In this document: piece by piece, positions 1 to 9,962 of the stretch
How the letters are laid out: every line of letters starts with the position of its first letter
Numbering within the stretch: position 1 is the first letter of the stretch
Origin: Gemmatimonadales bacterium
Lineage (GTDB): Bacteria > Gemmatimonadota > Gemmatimonadetes > Gemmatimonadales > GWC2-71-9
DNA: 64,000 bases
Reading direction: 5' to 3'
Assembly (NCBI GenBank): GCA_037189525.1
Contig: JBBCJC010000002.1
Location: forward strand, 320,001-384,000
Translations under genes and position numbers: made by a program
The notes under the pieces: generated by a model
The model's input: only the letters and a program-made list of their open reading frames with translations
What the model was told of the DNA's origin: nothing
The model's database searches: none

Positions 1-128
1 TCTTCCCGTTCCTGATCCGGCCCATGCTCGATGTGATCTTCGGGATCAGCAGCGATCAGTTCGACGCCTACCTCACCGAGCGACAACGCAGTCTGCCCGG
101 TTTCATCCGGAGCGCACTCCGACCATGA
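1..128 (+). CDS. C-terminal end of a probable TetR-family regulator (5' truncated by window edge)
   Basis: Frame from nt 3 reads FPFLIRPMLDVIFGISSDQFDAYLTERQRSLPGFIRSALRP*; stop overlaps next ATG (ATGA); position ahead of a TolC/HlyD/ABC operon. Confidence 0.6.
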   Translation, partial: FPFLIRPMLDVIFGISSDQFDAYLTERQRSLPGFIRSALRP

Positions 129-1408
129 TCCTCCTTGCCACGCTCTCCCTGCTGAGCGTCACGGCGGCCGGTCCGGTTCAGGACACGCTCCGCCTGGAGA
201 CGCTTCACGCCGCCGCGCGCGATCGCGATCCCCGAGCGCGGCAGTTGGACCTGCTGGAGACCCAGACCGCCCTGCGTCTCCGGAACTTGCGCACCGAGCG
301 CCTGCCGCGACTGACCCTCGCCGGCGAGGGGACGGCGCAATCCGACATCACCCACATTCGGTTGGACGGCTCACCGATTCAACCACCCATACCGCCCAAG
401 GAACAATGGATGGCCACGATCCAGGCCGACCAGCTGCTCTATGACGGCGGTGTGATCGGCGCGCGCCAGGCGGTGGAACAGGCCAGGCTGGCCGAGTCGA
501 AGGAATCGGTCCGTACCGCACAGTACCGACTGCGTGACGAGGTGAACACCGCGTTCTTCACCGCCTTTCTGCTGCAGGAACGGGATGCGGAGCTGGCAAC
601 CGTCGCCGGCGACCTGGAAGGCCGCCTGGTGGTGATCCGGACCCGGCTCCGCGAAGGCGCCGCCGTGGCCGCCGATACCGCATCGCTCGCGGCTGAGCAG
701 CTCCGGATCAGACAGGCTCGCCTCGAAGCACGGACATCGCGGGATGCCGCCCTGGCGGTGCTCGCCCGCCTTACCGATCGCGACATCAGCGACTCGGCCG
801 TTCTGGTCCTTCCCGAGTTGGCCGGAACGACCGCCAGCACGGCCGCGCGGGATGCGGTCCAGGAACGTCCCGAGTTTGCGCAGTTCACCCGGACCCGAGA
901 CCGAATTACCAGCGAAGCGGCAGTGCTCGATGCGGAGCGCCGGCCGCGCATCGTCGCGTTCGGTACCGGCGGCTACGGCCATCCGGGCCTCAATCAGTTC
1001 AGCCCCGATGCCGACGCGTTCTGGCGAGCAGGCGTCCGATTCGAATGGCGCCCCTGGAACTGGGGCACGACCGCCCGTCAAAAGGACGTCCTCGAGCTGC
1101 AGCGCAACATCGTCGAAACCGAGCGGGCCGCCTTTGCCCGAAGCCTGGATCGCGCGGTCCAGCACGATCTGGCCACGATGACCCGGCTCGAAGCGACCCT
1201 GCAGGCCGATCAGCAGATCGTCGCGCTGCAGGAGCAGGTCGAACAGCGGGCCCGGATTCAGCTGGACGAAGGCGTCATCACCGCCGTCGACTATATCGAC
1301 GCCCGCAGCAATGTCCTGCAAGCCCGACTTGCTGCGCAGCGGCACCGCGTCGAACTGGCGCAGGCCCGTGCTCGTTATCTGACCACCCTTGGCATCGAAA
1401 CCCGGTGA
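125..1408 (+). CDS. TolC-family outer membrane efflux protein
   Basis: Signal peptide, two OEP-like helical repeats (LPRLTLAGEG, QLLYDGG, RPE), operon context. Confidence 0.9.
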   Translation: MILLATLSLLSVTAAGPVQDTLRLETLHAAARDRDPRARQLDLLETQTALRLRNLRTERLPRLTLAGEGTAQSDITHIRLDGSPIQPPIPPKEQWMATIQADQLLYDGGVIGARQAVEQARLAESKESVRTAQYRLRDEVNTAFFTAFLLQERDAELATVAGDLEGRLVVIRTRLREGAAVAADTASLAAEQLRIRQARLEARTSRDAALAVLARLTDRDISDSAVLVLPELAGTTASTAARDAVQERPEFAQFTRTRDRITSEAAVLDAERRPRIVAFGTGGYGHPGLNQFSPDADAFWRAGVRFEWRPWNWGTTARQKDVLELQRNIVETERAAFARSLDRAVQHDLATMTRLEATLQADQQIVALQEQVEQRARIQLDEGVITAVDYIDARSNVLQARLAAQRHRVELAQARARYLTTLGIETR

Positions 1409-2331
1409 CCGCCATGAACCCTCTCCAGGCTACGACGCTCGTTCTGTCCACCGTACTGGTCCTTGCCAGTTGCCGGTCGGACCAGCCCGATGCGTACGGC
1501 ACCTTCGAAGCCGACGAAGTCGTCGTTGCATCCGAAGCAACCGGTCGGCTGCTGCGCTTCGACGTGCGCGAAGGCGATCAGCTTACCCCCGGCGCCTCGC
1601 TCGGCCAGGTGGACACGGTGCCCCTTTCGCTCGAACGGCGGGAACTGACGGCTCGGCTCGCGGCAGCCCGATCCCGGACCACCGAGGTCGGGGCACAGAT
1701 CACCCTGCTGTCGTCGCAACAAAGCGTTGCGGAGCGTGAACTGGCGCGCACCAGGCGGCTGGCCGCAGCCCAGGCCGCCACGGCCCAGCAGCTCGATCGC
1801 GCCGAGCGCGACTATCGGACGCTCACCGACCAGATCGCGGCGACCCGCACCTCCTTCGGCACCACTCGAGGGGAGATCGACGCGATCGAAGCCCGGGTGG
1901 CGATCCTAGACGATCGGATCAGCCGGAGCACCGTCTCGAGCCCGATCGACGGCACTGTCCTGACCACCTATGCCGAGCCGGGTGAAACGGTGCAGGCCGG
2001 CCAGCCGCTCTACAAGGTGGCCCGTCTCGACACCCTGACGCTCCGCGCCTTCGTCAGCGGCGACCAGCTCGCTGCCGTGCGCTTAGGCGAAACCGTGTCG
2101 GTCCGGTTCGACCATGGCCAGCAATCGCTGAGCGAACGGGCGGGCCAGGTCACCTGGATTTCGCCACGCGCCGAGTTCACGCCGACACCGATTCAGACGC
2201 GGCGGGAACGGGTCGATCTCGTCTACGCGGTCAAAGTCCGCGTCCCCAATCCCGATGGCAGCCTCAAGATCGGGATGCCCGGCGAGTTGGTCCTCCCCGG
2301 CGTCGTGGCCGCGACAAACCCCGATCGGTAA
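1405..2331 (+). CDS. HlyD-family efflux periplasmic adaptor (lipoprotein)
   Basis: GTG overlaps TolC stop (alt ATG 1414); lipobox VLASC; YGTFEADEVVVAS, SPIDGTV, AEFTPTPIQT...VYAVKV. Confidence 0.9.
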   Translation: MTAMNPLQATTLVLSTVLVLASCRSDQPDAYGTFEADEVVVASEATGRLLRFDVREGDQLTPGASLGQVDTVPLSLERRELTARLAAARSRTTEVGAQITLLSSQQSVAERELARTRRLAAAQAATAQQLDRAERDYRTLTDQIAATRTSFGTTRGEIDAIEARVAILDDRISRSTVSSPIDGTVLTTYAEPGETVQAGQPLYKVARLDTLTLRAFVSGDQLAAVRLGETVSVRFDHGQQSLSERAGQVTWISPRAEFTPTPIQTRRERVDLVYAVKVRVPNPDGSLKIGMPGELVLPGVVAATNPDR

Positions 2332-3293
2332 TGGCTGCGCCGACCCGTTCCGACGGCCCGGCCGTCGAGATTCGCGACCTGGTGAAGCGCTACGGCCAGT
2401 ACACCGCCGTGCGCGACGTGAGTGTGTCGGTCGAACCCGGCGAGCTGTTCGGCTTCATCGGTCCCGATGGTGCCGGTAAGACGACGCTCTTCCGAATCCT
2501 CGCGACCTTGCTCGTGCCGGACGCCGGATCGGCCCGTGTGCTGGGACTCGATGTGGTCGACGACCTCTGGGCCTTGCGCCGCCGGATCGGCTATATGCCG
2601 GGACGGTTCTCGCTCTACCCCGATCTGACGGTCGAAGAGAATCTCGACTTCTTTGCCGCGGTGTTCGGAACGACGGTCGCTGCGCAATATGAGGCCATCG
2701 CGCCGATCTACCGGCAGATCGAACCTTTCCGCACCAGGCGGGCGGGCGCGCTGTCGGGCGGGATGAAGCAGAAGCTTGCGCTCTCCTGCGCGCTGGTGCA
2801 TCGGCCCGATATCCTACTCCTCGACGAACCGACCACCGGCGTCGACGCCGTGTCCCGCCGCGAGTTCTGGGACTTGCTCGATGACCTCAAAGCCTCGGGC
2901 ATGACCATCGTCGTCTCGACCCCGTACATGGACGAGGCCGATCGCTGCGACCGGGTCGCGCTGATCCAGAAGGGGCGGATCCTGATGGTCGAAGCCCCCG
3001 GTAGGATCGGCGCACAGTATCCCCTGCCCCTCCTGGCCATTCGTGATCCGCGGCGCGTCCCGCTCATCGATGCCCTGCGAGAATTTCCGCACGTGCGCAG
3101 CGTCTACCCCTTCGGCGAGGAACTGCACTACACCGATGCGCGTCCCGATGCTCCGGCCGATCAAATCCATGCGGAGCTTACGGAATACCTGTCGGGCCGC
3201 GGACTCGATGGTGTCGCCATCGAAGCCATTCCGGCCGGGATCGAAGACAGCTTCATGGAACTGATGGGCGAACCCGAAGGGGTGGCGCCATGA
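2331..3293 (+). CDS. ABC transporter ATP-binding protein
   Basis: Walker A GPDGAGKT, LSGGMKQK, LLLDEPT. Confidence 0.95.
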   Translation: MAAPTRSDGPAVEIRDLVKRYGQYTAVRDVSVSVEPGELFGFIGPDGAGKTTLFRILATLLVPDAGSARVLGLDVVDDLWALRRRIGYMPGRFSLYPDLTVEENLDFFAAVFGTTVAAQYEAIAPIYRQIEPFRTRRAGALSGGMKQKLALSCALVHRPDILLLDEPTTGVDAVSRREFWDLLDDLKASGMTIVVSTPYMDEADRCDRVALIQKGRILMVEAPGRIGAQYPLPLLAIRDPRRVPLIDALREFPHVRSVYPFGEELHYTDARPDAPADQIHAELTEYLSGRGLDGVAIEAIPAGIEDSFMELMGEPEGVAP

Positions 3294-4030
3294 CCTCGCC
3301 GGCGATCGAGACGGTCGATCTGACCCGGAAGTTCGGCAGCTTCACCGCCGTCGACGCCATTTCGTTCTCGGTGGGCCGAGGCGAGGTGTTCGGGTTTCTG
3401 GGCGCCAACGGAGCCGGCAAAACCACGGCGATCCGGATGTTGATCGGCCTGCTCGCACCGACCTCGGGCCAGGCACGGGTGGCCGGGTTCGACGTCTACA
3501 AGGAAACCGAGCAGATCCGGCGCAGTATCGGATACATGAGCCAGCGCTTCTCGCTCTACGAAGACCTGACCGTCCGCGAGAACATCCAGTTGTACGGCGG
3601 CATCTACGGACTCTCGGACGCCGTGATCCGCGAGCGGTCCGAGGAGATGCTCACGACCCTGGAGCTCGGTCACGCCGCCCGCGAGTTGGTCGGCGCCATT
3701 CCGCTGGGCTGGAAACAGAAGCTGGCCTTCTCGGTCGCGCTGCTCCATCGGCCGCAGATCGTGTTCCTCGACGAGCCCACCGGCGGCGTGGATCCGATTA
3801 CTCGGCGGCAGTTCTGGCAGTCGATCTATCAGACAGCGGCAGCCGGCACGACCGTGCTGGTCACCACGCATTACATGGACGAGGCCGAGTACTGCGATCG
3901 GATCTCGATCATGGTGGACGGCCGGATCGGCGCGATGGGCAGGCCGGCCGACTTGAAGCATGAGTTTGGGGTCGGCTCGGTCGACGAACTGTTCGTGCGC
4001 CTGGCGCGGCCAACGGAGAGCACGGTATGA
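3290..4030 (+). CDS. ABC transporter ATP-binding protein
   Basis: GANGAGKT, degenerate signature IPLGWKQK, VFLDEPT. Confidence 0.95.
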   Translation: MTSPAIETVDLTRKFGSFTAVDAISFSVGRGEVFGFLGANGAGKTTAIRMLIGLLAPTSGQARVAGFDVYKETEQIRRSIGYMSQRFSLYEDLTVRENIQLYGGIYGLSDAVIRERSEEMLTTLELGHAARELVGAIPLGWKQKLAFSVALLHRPQIVFLDEPTGGVDPITRRQFWQSIYQTAAAGTTVLVTTHYMDEAEYCDRISIMVDGRIGAMGRPADLKHEFGVGSVDELFVRLARPTESTV

Positions 4031-5130
4031 GCGCGCTGCGTGGCTTCGTCCGAAAAGAAACCTGGCATCTGCTTCGCGATCGCCAGACGCTCGGCATTCT
4101 GATTTTGATGCCGTTGATCCAGGTTCTGCTCTTCGGTTTTGCGGTGCGCACGGAAGTCGACAACATTCGCCTCGCCATCGTCGACCCGACGCCGGACTAT
4201 CGGAGCGTAGAACTCCGAAGCCGCTTTGGCGCCACGTCGAACTTTCGGATCGTCGGAGCCGTCGGCAGCACTGCCGAGCTGCAGCCGCTGTTCGAGAGCG
4301 GACAGGTTCGCCAGGCAGTGGTCTTCGAACCGAGGTTTGCGGAACGGATCGGCCGCGGCGAGGCGGTTGCTATTCAACTCATCACCGACGCCACCGATCC
4401 GAATACCGGTAGCATCATGCAAGCGTACGCGATGTCGGTGATTCGCCAATACGAGGCCGAGCTGGCTCGGACGGCGCCGCGCGTGCGGATCGTGCCGCAG
4501 GTTCAGATGCGGTTCAACCCGACGCTCGAGAGCGTCAACCTCTTCGTGCCCGGCCTGATTGCCTTCGTGCTAACGCTCACCTCGGCGCTGATGACGGCCA
4601 TCTCGATCACACGCGAGAAAGAGATGGGCACCATGGAAGTGCTGCTCGTCTCGCCGCTCCGTCCCTGGCAGATCGTGGTGGGCAAGGTGATCCCGTACAT
4701 CGCGCTCGGTTTCGGGAATGTTCTGCTCGTACTGACGGCGGCTCGGGTGGTCTTCGGCGTTCCGATCAATGGCAACCCCGCGCTGCTTCTGGCGGAGAGC
4801 CTGCTCTATATCGTGGTCGCCCTCGCGCTCGGTGTGCTGATCTCGACCGTGGCGCCCTCGCAGCGGGTGGCCATGATGGCGGCGCTGGCCGGGTTGATGC
4901 TGCCGACCATGATGCTCTCGGGATTCATCTTCCCGATCGAGAGCATGCCGGCACCGCTCCGTGCGCTCTCCAACATCGTTCCGGCGCGCTGGTTCGTCAT
5001 CGTCGTGCGCGGCATCATGATCAAGGGCATCGGCATCGAACATCTCTGGCGCGAAACGCTCGTCCTCGTCGGCATGGCCACCACGCTGCTGACCTTGAGC
5101 GCCCGGCGGCTCGCCGTCCGGCTGGGATAA
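4027..5130 (+). CDS. ABC-2 type permease
   Basis: TM helices, REKEMGTMEVLLVSP, LSGFIFPIESMP. Confidence 0.93.
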   Translation: MSALRGFVRKETWHLLRDRQTLGILILMPLIQVLLFGFAVRTEVDNIRLAIVDPTPDYRSVELRSRFGATSNFRIVGAVGSTAELQPLFESGQVRQAVVFEPRFAERIGRGEAVAIQLITDATDPNTGSIMQAYAMSVIRQYEAELARTAPRVRIVPQVQMRFNPTLESVNLFVPGLIAFVLTLTSALMTAISITREKEMGTMEVLLVSPLRPWQIVVGKVIPYIALGFGNVLLVLTAARVVFGVPINGNPALLLAESLLYIVVALALGVLISTVAPSQRVAMMAALAGLMLPTMMLSGFIFPIESMPAPLRALSNIVPARWFVIVVRGIMIKGIGIEHLWRETLVLVGMATTLLTLSARRLAVRLG

Positions 5131-5133
5131 CCC

Positions 5134-6276
5134 ATGCGCACCCTGCTCTTCCTGATTCGGAAAGAATACCTCCAGATTTTCCGCGATCGGGCCACGGTCT
5201 TCCAGATCTTCTTCATTCCGATCGTGCAGCTCCTGCTGCTCTCGAACGCGGCGACCTTCGGAATCACCAACGCGCGGATGCACGTCGTCGATCTCGACCG
5301 GAGCACGATGTCACGTGGTCTGGTGGAGCACCTCGTTGCATCGGGCCGGTTCGTGGTATCGTCGGCGGTGCCGTCGCAGGAGGCCGCCAATCAGAGCCTG
5401 CTCGATCGCGAGGCCACCGTGATCCTGACCATTCCGTCCCGCTTCGAGCGCGACCTGGTCCGCCAGGGCACCGCCCCGGTGCAGCTCGTTCTCAACGCGG
5501 AGGAGGGAGCGGCCGCGGGGATCGTTCAGGCCTATGCGCTGCAGATCATCGGCGACTATGGTCGCCAGCTTGGCATCGAACTGCGCCCCCAAACGGACCC
5601 GCGGATCGATCCGGCCCCGAGGGCGGCCACGGCGGCGTTCGACGTTCGTGCCCGCAGCTGGTTCAACCCGACGCTCAACTACAAGCACTACATGGTGCCG
5701 GGCATCCTCGTCTCCCTCGTCACGATCATCGGGATGCTGCTCACCGCGCAGAACATTGCCCGGGAAAAGGAGGCCGGCACGCTCGAGCAGCTCAATGTCA
5801 CCCCGATCACCAAGGGGCAGTTCATCGCGGGAAAGCTGCTGCCCTTCTGGCTGCTGGCGCTGGTGATGTTCAGCCTCGGTCTGATCGCCGGTAAGCTGGC
5901 GTTCGGAATTCCGATGCGCGGCAACCTGCTGCTCGTCTTCTTCTCGGCGGCGGTATATCTGACCGTGGCCCTGGGGACCGGCCTCTGGATCGCCACCATC
6001 GCGTCGACCCAGCAGCAGACCATGTTCGTCTCGTTCTTTGTGCTGGTGATTTACCTGCTGATGAGCGGTCTCTTCACACCGATCGACAGCATGCCCACCT
6101 GGGCGCAGTGGATGGCCGAGCTGAATCCGGTCAAGCATTTCGTGGTCATCATGCGTGCCGTGCTGGTGCGAGGCGCCGATCTGAGCGGTATCGCCGTACC
6201 GCTCGGCGCGCTGGCGACGCTCGGCCTGCTGGTGTTGACGGCTGCAGTCCGCCAGTATTCCAAGACTCACGGCTGA
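5134..6276 (+). CDS. ABC-2 type permease
   Basis: REKEAGTLEQLNVTP, MSGLFTPIDSMP. Confidence 0.93.
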   Translation: MRTLLFLIRKEYLQIFRDRATVFQIFFIPIVQLLLLSNAATFGITNARMHVVDLDRSTMSRGLVEHLVASGRFVVSSAVPSQEAANQSLLDREATVILTIPSRFERDLVRQGTAPVQLVLNAEEGAAAGIVQAYALQIIGDYGRQLGIELRPQTDPRIDPAPRAATAAFDVRARSWFNPTLNYKHYMVPGILVSLVTIIGMLLTAQNIAREKEAGTLEQLNVTPITKGQFIAGKLLPFWLLALVMFSLGLIAGKLAFGIPMRGNLLLVFFSAAVYLTVALGTGLWIATIASTQQQTMFVSFFVLVIYLLMSGLFTPIDSMPTWAQWMAELNPVKHFVVIMRAVLVRGADLSGIAVPLGALATLGLLVLTAAVRQYSKTHG

Positions 6277-6291
6277 CCTATCAGACCGCGC

Positions 6292-6340
6292 ATGCTCCGC
6301 GTCCTGATTGCCCTATGCCTGGCTGGCCCCCTGGCGGCGT
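6292..6340 (+). pseudogene. 5' remnant (signal peptide only) of a DUF885 gene
   Basis: MLRVLIALCLAGPLAA matches MIRVLLAFCIAAPLTA of the intact gene at 20420; similarity stops abruptly. Confidence 0.7.
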
Positions 6341-6592
6341 CAACGGCGCGATCTACTAGTTGGCGCGCTCAATCAGGCCGGGTTCCAATGCAAGCCACCG
6401 CAAGGCGCGCACCATATCCTGGCGGATTTACGGCAATCCGCCGAGTGGCTGACTATCGAGGGCGGCGTGGCGACGGTGCCGGGCACCAGCTTCTTTTCCG
6501 ATTCCCAGATGGGGCGGGACTACACACGATTCGCGTTCTGTAGGACGGAGGATCCGCTGCACGCGGCGGTGGAGCGGCGGCGGCGGTTGTAA
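6332..6592 (+). pseudogene. C-terminal fragment of a class I/II PLP aminotransferase
   Basis: RRDLLVGALNQAGFQCKPPQGA...GGVATVPGTSFF...YTRFAFCR; no N-terminal part or PLP-lysine region. Confidence 0.75.
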
Positions 6593-7044
6593 AGCCTGGC
6601 TGCGAGCCACCGACCGGAGCAGCTGAGGTGGCGGACAGTCCCGTTCGCGATTGGTCACCTAAGGCCAGTTGTTCGTCCGGCTGCGTTCATGTGAGCTTCC
6701 ACATGATCCGCATAAGTTGCGTATCTACAACATGTTACAGGATGACAGAACCTGGCTCATAACTTGAGATAGCATCACGCCAACCCCTTCCGGCGAGGCT
6801 ACGGGCAATGCATGCACCCTTCATCGTTGGGGCGATCGGGGGGGCGATCAGCTCTTCCTCCTTCAAGAGCACTCCCCAGTTGCAGCAGACCACGTCGTCC
6901 GATACCTGGTCCTGCAGTCCACCTCGGGGCCGCCAACTAATGTCATCGAACGAACGGCAGCAGTTGCTCAACCGACTGCTACCCGTTCACGTCGTCCTGA
7001 TGCTAGCATGCATTGAATGTCTACAAGCTTTGCGAGATATGTAG

Positions 7045-7761
7045 ATGGGAAACGCTGGCACCGCACAAGTATACATCCGGAACGGCATCTATTTCGTGAC
7101 GATCGACGGTGAGGGCATCGTTATGGACCTTCCGGGTGATCGGTACTATGGCCTTAGTGAGTTCGGTGCTATGGTCTGGCAAGCGATTGAACAAGGTCAC
7201 ACGGCTGCTGTGCCATTCCCTGAAAACCAATTTGCCCAGCAAGTGGACGAATGGGTACGGCTCGGCTTGATGACATTTCACGATCGGCCCCAAGTAGAGA
7301 TACCTATACGAAAGGAAGCCGGTACGCCTGCCATTAAGGCGTTTGATGATACTGTAGCACTGCAAGCCTCCTTTTCATGGACAGTGCTATGTCGCCTGTT
7401 TCTCTCTACGTGGCGGGTCAACCGAATACTCCGTCATCAAGGGATATGCGTTGCGTTGAAGCAAATTCAAGAGATTGCCATCGTCGACGAACTTAAAACG
7501 GACCATTGCGAACGACAACTTGGCAAGATCATCCGTACCTATCGCCTAGGGCGGCGCGTACTTAGCCAAGGTCAGGAAGATTGCTTGCCCCGCTCGCTGG
7601 CCCTGGCATATGTCCTCCGTCATGCTGGCATCGAAGCCGAAGTGTGCTTCGGAGTACGGCAGTTCCCGTTCTATGCGCATGCGTGGGTGGAAGCTAATGG
7701 AAGAGTTCTTAACGATGAGATCACAACGATCGGCTCCTACGCGGTTCTAGCACGATTCTGA
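7045..7761 (+). CDS. Lasso peptide B protein, fused RRE (PqqD-like) plus transglutaminase-like leader peptidase
   Basis: N-term DGEGIVMDLPGDRYYGLSEFGAMVWQAI (RRE); C-term CLPRSLAL...FGVRQFPFYAHAWVE...VLND. Confidence 0.92.
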   Translation: MGNAGTAQVYIRNGIYFVTIDGEGIVMDLPGDRYYGLSEFGAMVWQAIEQGHTAAVPFPENQFAQQVDEWVRLGLMTFHDRPQVEIPIRKEAGTPAIKAFDDTVALQASFSWTVLCRLFLSTWRVNRILRHQGICVALKQIQEIAIVDELKTDHCERQLGKIIRTYRLGRRVLSQGQEDCLPRSLALAYVLRHAGIEAEVCFGVRQFPFYAHAWVEANGRVLNDEITTIGSYAVLARF

Positions 7762-7782
7762 CAGCCTCACTAGGAGTAACGC

Positions 7783-9657
7783 GTGCATGGTTTTGTTGTG
7801 CGGTATATGAAAGCGATTGATGAACAGCAACCGCCAGTGCTTGACGTTTGCCAGGATGACAGGATTGGCCTAGCTGCAGGAAGGCGCTTCCGACTGCTAG
7901 TGCGGCCACTCCCGACAACACCAGAAGCAGAAGCCGAACGTCAACCGTATGTATTCGGGCACACCGTCGCTGTGTATCAGGGCCGGATAGACAATCGGCG
8001 TGAGATCATCGATCGAATTGGAGACTCACTGCTTGAGCAGGTCGGGGACAGCGAGCTTATTGCACGTGCCTATTCTAAGTGGGGGGCCAACTTCCCTGCT
8101 ATAGTACTGGGGGAGTACTCATTTGCGTTGATCAACCAGCATACAGAACAACTTATTGCCGGAAGAGACAGCCTTGGTATCGGTCATTTGTTCCAATATC
8201 AAGATACGAGCGCTGTCTGGGTCGCATCAAACCTGGAGATTCTGCTCGCCGCACTTCCGAGTCGCCCCTCATTTGACCGTAGTGCGCTGGCTGAATATAT
8301 CGCCACCGGCGGCTTACTCGTATCCGGTCGAACTATCTATACTGGGATCGATGAAGTTCCAGCCGCACATGTTCTAGTTCAGAGTGGAGCTGCCGTTACC
8401 GTTACGCGATACTGGGAGCCTGTTCCGGAATCACAGGCTCGTCTTCGCGGACCTGACGAATATGATGAAGAATTCAGGTCAATCCTATCGGCAGCCGTGA
8501 AGGCGGCTCTCCGATCCAATACACCAGTATGGTCGGACCTTTCGGGTGGACTCGATTCATCTACAGTGACCGCGCTCGCTGCGTCGCTTGATTGCAGTGG
8601 TAACGACGGTATAACAGCATTCTCGATGTCAGCATCGATGACAGCACTAAGCAACGAGAGCCCCTTTCAGGATGATTTCATTGCCCGTTACCCTATTCAA
8701 CAACATCGCCTCGACATTGATGACTATTTGAGCTTTGGGACACCCGAACCGCCATCATGCCACCCGTCTAAAGCGATCATTTATCGGCCGATTCGTCAGG
8801 CTACCGCCGAACTTTTTGCTCAGCATGGCGCGCAGACTCACCTCACTGGCCGTGGTGGCGACAACATCTTTTGCGGCGATGAGTTTCCACCAAGATACCT
8901 TGCCGGGTTGTTACGTGGACTCAAACTGCGCCAATGGATCCGAGAGATAAACGATTGGGCACGTCAAGGAAAACGGAGTCTATGGAATCTTGTGTGGCAT
9001 TGTAGTCGGTCGAGCTTAACGGACTTGTACGCCGGCGAAGCAGACCGCGGAATCGTTCCGACTTGGTTGATCGCTCCGTTTCGTGACCAGGTAACCCAGA
9101 TAGATGAAGGTCAGTGGACGTCAGGATACCGATTGTACAGCGACCCGGGTCGAGAACTTCAGTATCGCTCAATACAAATGACGTCAAGGGTTGTCCGCTT
9201 CATGCCTGTTGGCGATGAGCGGCACCCGTTGCTATACCGGCCCCTTGTAGAATTTGTTCTCGATCTTCCCTGGGAGCACCTCCTTCGACCAGATGAGAAC
9301 CGCATTATCCAGCGACGCGCTCTACGCAACGTCCTTCCAGAAAGCATCCGTCTTCGGACCTCAAAGACCAGTGCGACCCCCGTGTTTCTACGTGGGTTGC
9401 GCCGCCACTGGACAACTGTACGACACTATACCGAGGGACGGCGCCTAGCGGAGCTTGACATCCTTGACCCTATCCCTTTTCACGCCGCGTGCGAGCGCCT
9501 TCGGCATGGGCTGCTAGCAAAGCAGTTTCGCTACCTAGTTGGTGCCTTGACCCTCGAAATCTGGCTGGAGGCGAACTCCAATCCAGTGCGTGACCAAGCT
9601 ACAGCCGGATTCTTCGCCGCCGACCACAGCATAGGCCAAATGAAGTGCATGAACTAA
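7783..9657 (+). CDS. Lasso peptide cyclase (asparagine synthetase-like C protein)
   Basis: GRIDNR, GRDSLG, PP-loop DLSGGLDSS, LTGRGGD, RHPLLYRPLVEF; no N-terminal catalytic Cys; adjacent to B protein. Confidence 0.92.
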   Translation: MHGFVVRYMKAIDEQQPPVLDVCQDDRIGLAAGRRFRLLVRPLPTTPEAEAERQPYVFGHTVAVYQGRIDNRREIIDRIGDSLLEQVGDSELIARAYSKWGANFPAIVLGEYSFALINQHTEQLIAGRDSLGIGHLFQYQDTSAVWVASNLEILLAALPSRPSFDRSALAEYIATGGLLVSGRTIYTGIDEVPAAHVLVQSGAAVTVTRYWEPVPESQARLRGPDEYDEEFRSILSAAVKAALRSNTPVWSDLSGGLDSSTVTALAASLDCSGNDGITAFSMSASMTALSNESPFQDDFIARYPIQQHRLDIDDYLSFGTPEPPSCHPSKAIIYRPIRQATAELFAQHGAQTHLTGRGGDNIFCGDEFPPRYLAGLLRGLKLRQWIREINDWARQGKRSLWNLVWHCSRSSLTDLYAGEADRGIVPTWLIAPFRDQVTQIDEGQWTSGYRLYSDPGRELQYRSIQMTSRVVRFMPVGDERHPLLYRPLVEFVLDLPWEHLLRPDENRIIQRRALRNVLPESIRLRTSKTSATPVFLRGLRRHWTTVRHYTEGRRLAELDILDPIPFHAACERLRHGLLAKQFRYLVGALTLEIWLEANSNPVRDQATAGFFAADHSIGQMKCMN

Positions 9658-9737
9658 ATGACTTGCTCAGCCGGATGCCAGCTCCCCACGGTTCGAGCAT
9701 TTCTTTATCGGGAGCATTTCTCAAGACGAGGTGTATC

Positions 9738-9923
9738 ATGGAACGGAAGCAGAGCGCCCTCAGGCAGATCAACAGCACTGGTGGCAAGACCGAGTTCACG
9801 CCGACGCCGCTCGGCACTGTGTCCGGCACGAGGGTCCTGGGCCTGGATCGCCTCACGGGTACGATTCCTGGTTGTACCGCGTGCGACTTTAACACAGACT
9901 ACGCGAAGGGTGTGTTCGGCTGA
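9738..9923 (+). CDS. Lasso peptide precursor (61 aa)
   Basis: GAGGTG RBS at 9728-9733, ATG 9738; MERKQSALRQINSTGGKTEFTPTPLGTVSGTRVLGLDRLTG-TIPGCTACDFNTDYAKGVFG; LGxxxxT leader end with Asp at core position 9; directly after cyclase and followed by a hairpin. Confidence 0.75.
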   Translation: MERKQSALRQINSTGGKTEFTPTPLGTVSGTRVLGLDRLTGTIPGCTACDFNTDYAKGVFG

Positions 9924-9962
9924 AAATCGCTGAACCATACACCTGCAACAAAGGATGACAAC

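Noticed and set aside
6735..7044. Short ORFs upstream of the B gene (6735-6971 minus, 6808-7044 plus) as lasso precursors
   Set aside because: No clear RBS and no convincing leader/core pattern; 9738-9923 fits much better.
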